A DNA stretch of 21,899 bases, taken from Octopus sinensis (lineage: Eukaryota). The notes under the pieces were generated by a model. It was given only the letters and a program-made list of their open reading frames with translations, had not been told where the DNA came from and did no database searches. Location: positions 1 to 21,899 of the forward strand of contig NW_021823663.1 in the NCBI RefSeq assembly GCF_006345805.1. The letters are read 5' to 3'. Shown in pieces: positions 1 through 10,944 of the stretch. Positions within the stretch are counted from its first letter, which is position 1; the number at the start of each line of letters is the position of its first letter. The position numbers and the translations under genes are program-made.

Positions 1-3000
1 AATTTTAGCAGCAGACACAGCTACATTTGAAGGCGAACCTTCAATTTTAGCAGCAGACACAGCTACATTTGAAGGCGAACCTTCAATAACTTTAGAAGCA
101 GACACAGCTACATTTGAAGGCGAACCTTCAATAATTTTAGCAGCAGACACAGCTACATTTGAAGGCGAACCTTCAATAATTTTAGCTGCAGACACAGCTA
201 CATTTGAAGGCGAACCTTCAATAATTTTAGCAGCAGACACAGCTACATTTGAAGGCGAACCTTCAATAATTTTAGCAGCAGACACAGCTACATTTGAAGG
301 CGAACCATCAATAATTTTAGCAGCAGACACAGCTACATCTGAAGGCGAACCTTCAATAATTTTAGCAGCAGACACAGCTACATTTGAAGGCGAACCTTCA
401 ATAATTTTAGCAGCAGACACAGCTACATTTGCAGGCGAACCTTCAATAATTTTAGCTGCAGACACAGCTACATGTGAAGGCGAACCTTCAATAATTTTAG
501 CTGCAGACACAGCTACATTTGAAGGCGAACCTTCAATAACTTTAGCAGCAGACACAGCTACATTTGAAGGCGAACCTTCAATAATTTTAGCTGCAGACAC
601 AGCTACATTTGAAGGCGAACCTTCAATAATTTTAGCAGCAGACACAGCTACATTTGAAGGCGAACCTTCAATAATTTTAGCTGCAGACACAGCTACATTT
701 GAAGGCGAACCGTCAATAATTTTAGCAGCAGACACAGCTACATTTGAAGGCGATCCTTCAATAATTTTAGCAGCAGACACAGCTACATTTGAAGGCGAAC
801 CTTCAATAACTTTAGCAGCAGACACAGCTACATTTGAAGGCGAAACTTCAATAATCTTAGCTGCAGACACAGCAACATTTGAAGGCGAACCTTCAATAAT
901 TTTAGCAGCAGACACAGCTACATTTGAAGGCGAACCTTCGATAATTTTAGCTGCAGACACAGCTACATTTGAAGGCGAACCTTCAATAATTTTAGCTGCA
1001 GACACAGCTACATTTGAAGGCGAACCTTCAATAATTTTAGCAGCAGACACAGCTACACTTGAAGGCGAACCTTCAATAATTTTAGCTGCAGACACAACTA
1101 CATTTGAAGGCGAACCTTCAATAATTTTAGCTGCAGACACAGCTACATTTGAAGGCGAACCTTCAATAATTTTAGCAGCAGACACAGCTACATTTGAAGG
1201 CGAACCTTCAATAATTTTAGCTGCAGACACAGCTACACTTGAAGGCGAACCTTCAATAATTTTAGCTGCAGACACAGCTACATTTGAAGGCGAACCTTCA
1301 ATAATTTTAGCAGCAGACACAGCTACACTTGAAGGCGAACCTTCAATAATTTTAGCTGCAGACACAGCTACATTTGGAGGCGAACCTTCAATAATTTTAG
1401 CTGCAGACACAGCTACATTTGAAGGCGAACCTTCAATAATTTTAGCTGCAGACACAGCTACATTTGAAGGCGAACCTTAATAATTTAGCTGCAGACACAG
1501 CTACATTTGAAGGCGAACCTTCAATAATTTTAGCTGCAGACACAGCTACATTTGAAGGCGAACCTTCAATAATTTTAGCAGCAGACACAGCTACACTTGA
1601 AGGCGAACCTTCAATAATTTTAGCTGTAGACACAGTTACACTTGAAGGCGAACCTTCAATAATTTTAGATGCAGACACAGCTACATTTGAAGGCGAACCT
1701 TCAATAATTTTAGCTGCAGACACAGCTACATTTGAAGGCGAACCTTCAATAATTTTAGCTGCAGACACAGCTACATTTGAAGGCGAACCTTCAATAATTT
1801 TAGCTGCAGACACAGCTACATTTGAAGGCGAACCTTCAATAATTTTAGCAGCAGACACAGCTACACTTGAAGGCGAACCTTCAATAATTTTAGCTGCAGA
1901 CACAGCTACATTTGAAGGCGAACCTTCAATAATTTTAGCTGCAGACACAGCTACATTTGAAGGCGAACCTTCAATAATTTTAGCTGCAGACACAGCTACA
2001 TTTGAAGGCGAACCTTCAATAATTTTAGCTGCAGACACAGCTACATTTGAAGGCGAACCTTCAATAATTTTAGCTGCAGACACAGCTACATTTGAAGGCG
2101 AACCTTCAATAATTTTAGCTGCAGACACAGCTACATTTGAAGGCGAACCTTCAATAATTTTAGCTGCAGACACAGCTACATTTGAAGGCGAACCTTCAAT
2201 AATTTTAGCTGCAGACACAGCTACATTTGAAGGCGAACCTTCAATAATTTTAGCTGCAGACACAGCTACATTGAAGGCGAACCTTCAATAATTTTAGCTG
2301 CAGACACAGCTACATTTGAAGGCGAACCTTCAATAATTTTAGCTGCAGACACAGCTACATTTGAAGGCGAACCTTCAATAATTTTAGCAGCAGACACAGC
2401 TACATTTGAAGGCGAACCTTCAATAATTTTAGCAGCAGACACAGCTACATTTGAAGGCGAACCTTCAATAATTTTAGCAGCAGACACAGCTACATTTGAA
2501 GGCGAACCTTCAATAATTTTAGCTGCAGACACAGCTACATTTGAAGGCGAACCTTCAATAATTTTAGCAGCAGACACAGCTACATTTGAAGGCGAACCTT
2601 CAATAATTTTAGCTGCAGACACAGCTACATTTGAAGGCGAACCTTCAATAATTTTAGCAGCAGACACAGCTACATTTGAAGGCGAACCTTCAATAATTTT
2701 AGCAGCAGACACAGCTACATTTGAAGGCGAACCTTCAATAATTTTAGCAGCAGACACAGCTACATTTGAAGGCGAACCTTCAATAATTTTAGCAGCAGAC
2801 ACAGCTACATTTGAAGGCGAACCTTCAATAATTTTAGCAGCAGACACAGCTACATTTGAAGGCGAACCTTCAATAATTTTAGCAGCAGACACAGCTACAT
2901 TTGAAGGCGAACCTTCAATAATTTTAGCAGCAGACACAGCTACATTTGAAGGCGAACCTTCAATAATTTTAGCTGCAGACACAGCTACATTTGAAGGCGA

Positions 3001-6000
3001 ACCTTCAATAATTTTAGCAGCAGACACAGCTACATTTGAAGGCGAACCTTCAATAATTTTAGCAGCAGACACAGCTACATTTGAAGGCGAACCTTCAATA
3101 ATTTTAGCAGCAGACACAGCTACATTTGAAGGCGAACCTTCAATAATTTTAGAAGCAGACACAGCTACATTTGAAGGCGAACCTTCAATAATTTTAGCAG
3201 CAGACACAGCTACATTTGAAGGCGAACCTTCAATAATTTTAGCAGCAGACACAGCTACATTTGAAGGCGAACCTTCAATAATTTTAGCAGCAGACACAGC
3301 TACATTTGAAGGCGAACCTTCAATATTTTAGCAGCAGACACAGCTACATTTGAAGGCGAACCTTCAATAATTTTAGCAGCAGACACAGCTACATTTGAAG
3401 GCGAACCTTCAATAATTTTAGCAGCAGACACAGCTACATTTGAAGGCGAACCTTCAATAATTTTAGCTGCAGACACAGCTACATTTGAAGGCGAACCTTC
3501 AATAATTTAGCAGCAGACACAGCTACATTTGAAGGCGAACCTTCAATAATTTTAGCTGCAGACACAGCTACATTTGAAGGCGAACCTTCAATAATTTTAG
3601 CAGCAGACACAGCTACATTTGAAGGCGAACCTTCAATAATTTTAGCAGCAGACACAGCTACATTTGAAGGCGAACCTTCAATAATTTTAGCAGCAGACAC
3701 AGCTACATTTGAAGGCGAACCTTCAATAACTTTAGCAGCAGACACAGCTACATTTGAAGGCGAACCTTCAATAATTTTAGCAGCAGACACAGCTACATTT
3801 GAAGGCGAACCTTCAATAATTTTAGCAGCAGACACAGCTACATTTGAAGGCGAACCTTCAATAATTTTAGCAGCAGACACAGCTACATTTGAAGGCGAAC
3901 CTTCAATAACTTTAGCTGCAGACACAGCTACATTTGAAGGCGAACCTTCAATAATTTTAGCAGCAGACACAGCTACATTTGAAGGCGAACCTTCAATAAT
4001 TTTAGCAGCAGACACAGCTACATTTGAAGGCGAACCTTCAATAATTTAGCAGCAGACACAGCTACATTGAAGGCGAACCTTCAATAACTTTAGAAGCAGA
4101 CACAGCTACATTTGAAGGCGAACCTTCAATAATTTTAGCAGCAGCAGACACAGCTACATTTGAAGGCGAACCTTCAATAATTTTAGCAGCAGACACAGCT
4201 ACATTTGAAGGCGAACCTTCATAATTTAGCAGCAGACACAGCTACATTTGAAGGCGAACCTTCAATAATTTTAGCAGCAGACACAGCTACATTTGAAGGC
4301 GAACCTTCAATAATTTTAGAAGCAGACACAGCTACATTTGAAGGCGAACCTTCAATAATTTTAGCAGCAGACACAGCTACATTTGAAGGGAACCTTCAAT
4401 AATTTTAGCTGCAGACACAGCTACATTTGAAGGCGAACCTTCAATAATTTTAGCAGAGACAAGCTACATTTGAAGGCGAACCTTCAATAATTTAGCAGCA
4501 GACACAGCTACATTTGAAGGCGAACCTTCAATAATTTTAGCAGCAGACACAGCTACATTTGAAGGCGAACCTTCAATAATTTTAGCAGCAGACACAGCTA
4601 CATTTGAAGGCGAACCTTCAATAATTTTAGCAGCAGACACAGCTACATTTGAAGGCGAACCTTCAATAATTTTAGAAGCAGACACAGCTACATGTGAAGT
4701 CGAACCTTCAATAATTTTAGCTGCAGACACAGCTACATTTGAAGGCGAACCTTCAATAATTTTAGCAGCAGACACAGCTACATTTGAAGGCGAACCTTCA
4801 ATAATTTTAGCTGCAGACACAGCTACATTTGAAGGCGAACCTTCAATAATTTTAGCAGCAGACACAGCTACATTTGAAGGCGAACCTTCAATAATTTTAG
4901 CTGCAGACACAGCTACATTTGAAGGCGAACCTTCAATAATTTTAGCAGCAGACACAGCTACATTTGAAGGCGAACCTTCAATAATTTTAGCAGCAGACAC
5001 AGCTACATTTGAAGGCGAACCTTCAATAACTTTAGCAGCAGACACAGCTACATTTGAAGGCGAACCTTCAATAATTTTAGCTGCAGACACAGCAACATTT
5101 GAAGGCGAACCTTCAATAATTTTAGCAGCAGACACAGCTACATTTGAAGGCGAACCTTCGATAATTTTAGCTGCAGACACAGCTACATTTGAAGGCGAAC
5201 CTTCAATAATTTTAGCTGCAGACACAGCTACATTTGTAGGCGAACCTTCAATAATTTTAGCAGCAGACACAGCTACACTTGAAGGCGAACCTTCAATAAT
5301 TTTAGCTGCAGACACAACTACATTTGAAGGCGAACCTTCAATAATTTTAGCTGCAGACACAGCTACATTTGAAGGCGAACCTTCAATAATTTTAGCAGCA
5401 GACACAGCTACATTTGAAGGCGAACCTTCAATAATTTTAGCTGCAGACACAGCTACACTTGAAGGCGAACCTTCAATAATTTTAGCTGCAGACACAGCTA
5501 CATTTGAAGGCGAACCTTCAATAATTTTAGCAGCAGACAAGGCTACACTTGAAGGCGAACCTTCAATAATTTTAGCTGCAGACACAGCTACATTTGGAGG
5601 CGAACCTTCAATAATTTTAGCTGCAGACACAGCTACATTTGAAGGCGAACCTTCAATAATTTTAGCTGCAGACACAGCTACATTTGAAGGCGAACCTTCA
5701 ATAATTTTAGCTGCAGACACAGCTACATTTGAAGGCGAACCTTCAATAATTTTAGCTGCAGACACAGCTACATTTGAAGGCGTACCTTCAATATTTTAGC
5801 AGCAGACACAGCTACATTGAAGGCGAACCTTCAATAATTTAGCTGCAGACACAGTTACACTTGAAGGCGAACCTTCAATAATTTTAGCTGCAGACACAGC
5901 GACATTTGAAGGCGAACCTTCAATAATTTTAGCTGCAGACACAGCTACATTTGAAGGCGAACCTTCAATAATTTTAGCTGCAGACACAGCTACATTTGAA

Positions 6001-9000
6001 GGCGAACCTTCAATAATTTTAGCTGCAGACACAGCTACATTTGAAGGCGAACCTTCAATAATTTTAGCAGCAGACACAGCTACACTTGAAGGCGAACCTT
6101 CAATAATTTTAGCTGCAGACACAGCTACATTTGAAGGCGAACCTTCAATAATTTTAGCTGCAGACACAGCTACATTTGAAGGCGAACCTTCAATAATTTT
6201 AGCTGCAGACACAGCTACATTTGAAGGCGAACCTTCAATAATTTTAGCAGCAGACACAGCTACACTTGAAGGCGAACCTTCAATAATTTTAGCTGCAGAC
6301 ACAACTACATTTGAAGGCGAACCTTCAATAATTTTAGCTGCAGACACAGCTACATTTGAAGGCGAACCTTCAATAATTTTAGCAGCAGACACAGCTACAT
6401 TTGAAGGCGAACCTTCAATAATTTTAGCTGCAGACACAGCTACACTTGAAGGCGAACCTTCAATAATTTTAGCTGCAGACACAGCTACATTTGAAGGCGA
6501 ACCTTCAATAATTTTAGCAGCAGACAAGGCTACACTGAAGGCGAACCTTCAATAATTTTAGCTGCAGACACAGCTACATTGGAGGCGGAACCTTCAATAA
6601 TTTTAGCTGCAGACACAGCTACATTTGAGGCGAACCTTCAATAATTTTAGCTGCAGACACAGCTACATTTGAAGGCGACCTTCAATAATTTTAGCTGCAG
6701 ACACAGCTACATTTGAAGGCGAACCTTCAATAATTTTAGCTGCAGACACAGCTACATTTGAAGCGTACCTTCAATAATTTTAGCAGGCAGACACAGCTAC
6801 ACTGAAGCGAACCTTCAATAATTTTAGCTGTAGACACAGTTACACTTGAGGCGAACCTTCAATAATTTTAGCTGCAGAAACAGCGACATTTGAAGGCGAA
6901 CCTTCAATAATTTTAGCTGCAGACACAGCTACATTTGAAGGCGAACCTTCAATAATTTTAGCTGCAGACACAGCTACATTTGAAGGCGAACCTTCAATAA
7001 TTTTAGCTGTGCAGACACAGCTACATTTGAAGGCGAACCTTCAATAATTTTAGCAGCAGACACAGCTACACTTGAAGGCGAACCTTCAATAATTTTAGCT
7101 GCAGACACAGCTACATTGAAGGCGAACCTTCAATAATTTTAGCTGCAGACACAGCTACATTTGAAGGCGAACCTTCAATAATTTTAGCTGCAGACACAGC
7201 TACATTTGAAGGCGAACCTTCAATAATTTTAGCTGCAGACACAGCTACATTTGAAGGCGAACCTTCAATAATTTTAGCAGCAGACACAGCTACATTTGAA
7301 GGCGAACCTTCAATAATTTTAGCTGCAGACACAGCTACATTGAAGGCGAACCTTCAATAATTTTAGCAGCAGACACAGCTACATTTGAAGGCGAACCTTC
7401 AATAATTTTAGCAGCAGACACAGCTACACTTGAAGGCGAACCTTCAATAACTTCAGCAGCAGACACAGCTACATTTCAAGGCGAACCTTCAATAATTTTA
7501 GCTGCAGACACAGCTACATTTGGAGGCGAACCTTCAATAATTTTAGCAGCAGACACAGCTACATTTGAAGGCGAACCTTCATAATTTTTAGCAGCAGCGC
7601 AGACGCAGCTACATTTGAAGGCGAACCTTCAATAATTTTAGCTGCAGACACAGCTACATTTGAAGGCGAACCTTCAATATTTTAGCTGCAGACACAGCTA
7701 CATTTGTAGGCGAACCTTCAATAATTTTAGCAGCAGACACAGCTACATTTGAAGGTGAACCTTCAATAATTTTAGCAGCAGACACAGCTACATTTGAAGG
7801 CGAACCTTCAATAATTTTAGCAGCAGACACAGCTACATTTGAAGGCGAACCTTCAATAATTTTAGCAGCAGACACGGCTACATTTGAAGGCGAACCTTCA
7901 ATAATTTTTGCTGCAGACACAGCTACATTTGAAGGCGAACCTTCAATAATTTCAGCTGCAGACACAGCTACATTTGAAGGCGAACCTTCAATAATTTTAG
8001 CAGCAGACACAGCTACATTTGAAGGCGAACCTTCAATAATTCTAGCAGCGGACACAGCTACATTTGAAGGCGAACCTTCAATAATTTTAGCAGCAGACAC
8101 AGCTACATTTGAAGGCGAACCTTCAATAATTTTAGCAGCAGACACAGCTACATTTGAAGGCGAACCTTCAATAATTTTAGCAGCAGACACAGCTACATTT
8201 GAAGGCGAACCTTCAATAATTTTAGCTGCAGACACAGCTACATTTGAAGGCGAACCTTCAATAATTTTAGCAGCAGACACAGCTACATTTGAAGGCGAAC
8301 CTTCAATAATTTTAGCTGCAGACACAGCTACATTTGAAGGCGAACCTTCAATAATTTTAGCAGCAGACACAGCTACATTTGAAGGCGAACCTTCAATAAG
8401 TTTAGCAGCAGACACAGCTACATTTGAAGGCGAACCTTCAATAACTTTAGCAGCAGACACAGCTACATTTGAAGGCGAACCTTCAATAATTTTAGCAGCA
8501 GACACACAGCTACATTTGAAGGCGACCTTCAATAACTTTAGCAGCAGACACAGCTACATTTGAAGGCGAACCTTCAATAATTTTAGCAGCAGACACAGCT
8601 ACATTGTGAAGGCGAACCTTCAATAATTTTAGCAGCAGACACAGCTACATTTGAAGGCGAACCTTCAATAACTTTAGCTGCAGACACAGCTACATTTCAA
8701 GGCGAACCTTCAATAATTTTAGCTGCAGACACAGCTACATTTGAAGGCGAACCTTCAATAATTTTAGCTGCAGACACAGCTACATTTGAAGGCGAACCTT
8801 CAATAATTTTAGCAGCAGACACAGCTACATTTGAAGGCGAACCTTCAATAATTTTAGCTGCAGACACAGCTACACTTGAAGGCGAACCTTCAATAATTTT
8901 AGCTGCAGACACAGCTACACTTGAAGGCGAACCTTCGATAACGTTAGCAGCAGACACAGCTACACTTGAAGGCGAACCTTCGATGACTTTAGCTGCAGAC

Positions 9001-10270
9001 ACAGCTTCACTTGAAGGCGAACATTCAATAATTTTAGCTGCAGACACAGCTACACTTGAAGGCGAACCTTCGATGACTTTAGCTGCAGACACAGCTTCAC
9101 TTGAAGGCGAACCTTCGATAACTTTAGCTGCAGACACAGCTACACTTGAAGGCGAACCTTCGATAACGTTAGCAGCAGACACAGCTACACTTGAAGGCGA
9201 ACCTTCGATGACTTTAGCTGCAGACACAGCTTCACTTGAAGGCGAACCTTCAATAATTTTAGCTGCAGACACAGCTACACTTGAAGGCGAACCTTCGATG
9301 ACTTTAGCTGCAGACACAGCTTCACTTGAAGGCGAACCTTCGATAACTTTAGCTGCAGACACAGCTACACTTGAAGGCGAACCTTCGATAACGTTAGCAG
9401 CAGACACAGCTACACTTGAAGGCGAACCTTCGATGACTTTAGCTGCAGACACAGCTACATTTGAAGGCGAACCTTCAATAATTTTAGCTGCAGACACAGC
9501 TACACTTGAAGGCGAACCTTCAATAATTTTAGCTGCAGACACAGCTACACTTGAAGGCGAACCTTCGATAACGTTAGCAGCAGACACAGCTACACTTGAA
9601 GGCGAACCTTCGATGACTTTAGCTGCAGACACAGCTTCACTTGAAGGCGAACATTCATAATTTTAGCTGCAGACACAGCTACACTTGAAGGCGAACCTTC
9701 GATGACTTTAGCTGCAGACACAGCTTCACTTGAAGGCGAACCTTCGATACGTTAGCAGCAGACACAGCTACACTTGAAGGCGAACCTTCGATAACGTTAG
9801 CAGCAGACACAGCTACACTTGAAGGCGAACCTTCGATGACTTTAGCTGCAGACACAGCTTCACTTGAAGGCGAACCTTCAATAATTTTAGCTGCAGACAC
9901 AGCTACACTTGAAGGCGAACCTTCGATGACTTTAGCTGCAGACACAGCTTCACTTGAAGGCGAACCTTCGATAACTTTAGCTGCAGACACAGCTACACTT
10001 GAAGGCGAACCTTCGATAACGTTAGCAGCAGACACAGCTACACTTGAAGGCGAACCTTCGATGACTTTAGCTGCAGACACAGCTACACTTGAATGCGAAC
10101 CTTCGATAACGTTAGCAGCAGACACAGCTACACTTGAAGGCGAACCTTCGATAACGTTAGCAGCAGACACAGCTACACTTGAAGGCGAACCTTCGATGAC
10201 TTTCACTGAAGGCAAAACTGCTTCACTTGAAGGCAAACCTTCGTCACTTGAAGCGGACGGTGTTTCCACT
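1..10270. repeat. Tandem array of a 45-bp monomer (about 227 copies in the window, continuing past the left edge); consensus ATAATTTTAGC(A/T)GCAGACACAGCTACATTTGAAGGCGAACCTTCA
   Basis: Directly visible 45-nt period. The + frame reads IILAADTATFEGEPS and the - frame reads NVAVSAAKIIEGSPS; the other four frames contain stops in every unit. The last near-canonical unit ends at about 10202 and degenerate units continue to about 10270. Confidence 0.99.
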
Positions 10271-10281
10271 TCAAACAACAT
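8697..10281 (-). CDS. Hypothetical Ser/Ala/Val/Pro-rich 15-aa-repeat protein (528 aa if two single-A deletions at about 9657 and 9748 are corrected)
   Basis: ATG at 10281 in an A-rich context, a non-repetitive N-terminus grading into repeats (MLFEVETPSASSDEGLPSSEAVLPSVKVIEGSPSS), and a first substitution-derived stop TGA at 8697-8699. No expression evidence; a hand tally of variants shows no clear third-position excess. Confidence 0.25.
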
Positions 10282-10403
10282 TTTTTTGACATCATGTCTA
10301 TTTTGTTCATTTTTTCAAATGTATTGTTCATTTTGTTTTTCACAAATGTAATGTTATATATATATTTGATTTTGTATGTAACGTGTAGCACTTCCCCCCC
10401 CCT

Positions 10404-10440
10404 CTAACGGAAGAGAATAACAATATTTTTCGTTATTACA
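10404..10440 (-). promoter_or_regulatory. Candidate 3' splice acceptor immediately upstream of the repeat array
   Basis: The - strand reads tgtaataacgaaaaatattgttattctcttccgttAG|AGGGGG: a branch-like TAATAAC, a pyrimidine tract and AG at 10405-10404. The frame after it is stop-free to 10282 and beyond. Confidence 0.35.
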
Positions 10441-10568
10441 TCAGACGTTCAAAGTTCAAACAAAACAACAATTTGTTTAACAAACGCTAAACCGTTACTT
10501 ACAAATTACTCCAAATACCACGCTTCAAGGACGGAAAAATCAGACATCAATTAAATTGAATGATTTTA

Positions 10569-10602
10569 TTACTACCCACAAGGGGTGAACATAGAGGGGA
10601 CA
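10569..10602 (-). mobile_element. Short retroposon 3'-tail-like segment (tgtcccctctatgttcaccccttgtgggtagtaa)
   Basis: Resembles, from memory, the 3' tail of an abundant octopus SINE subfamily. It is followed on the - strand by AATAAA-like TAATAAAA. Not checked against any database. Confidence 0.35.
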
Positions 10603-10944
10603 GTACAATCGGGAAAAAAAAAATTAATGAGGTATGAAGTATGTATAAATGTGGTGTAATGCCCCACCCGATCCCCGAAATCAGGTGGTTACATTTCGTC
10701 ATTTTTAATTACATTTTACAATATTTTCAAAAATAACTAAATACATTTTACAGCATTTCGCAATACATTCGATCGCAATAAATTTCCAAAGAGAATTTCC
10801 AAAATACATTATCAATTGAATATTTTACAGAAAAATTGTTTTCCACAAATTCAAATATAACGCTTTCATAATACATTTTCAAGATTTCAAAGTACATTTG
10901 AAATTAACAAAAGTCTTTTCTAATTCTTTTTTTTTCCTATAATT

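Noticed and set aside
1442-8532. The many separate ORF-track entries in the array as individual genes
   Set aside because: They are pieces of one repeating frame cut by single-base indels and started at incidental GTG/TTG codons.
1-10200. CRISPR array (regular palindromic repeats)
   Set aside because: The monomers abut directly with no unique spacers, there are no cas genes, and the context is eukaryotic.
10321-10353. + strand array as an exon of the LRR gene via phase-2 donors AT|GTATTG (10321) or AT|GTAATG (10348)
   Set aside because: The phase fits, but the donors are weak, the preceding peptide (NNIFLTSCLFCSFF) looks like T-rich non-coding DNA, and LRR exon junctions normally split a Leu codon.
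10735-10900. Recurring AATACATT motif as a regulatory array
   Set aside because: Irregular spacing in very AT-rich sequence; it does not match the Pumilio UGUAHAUA element on the - strand.
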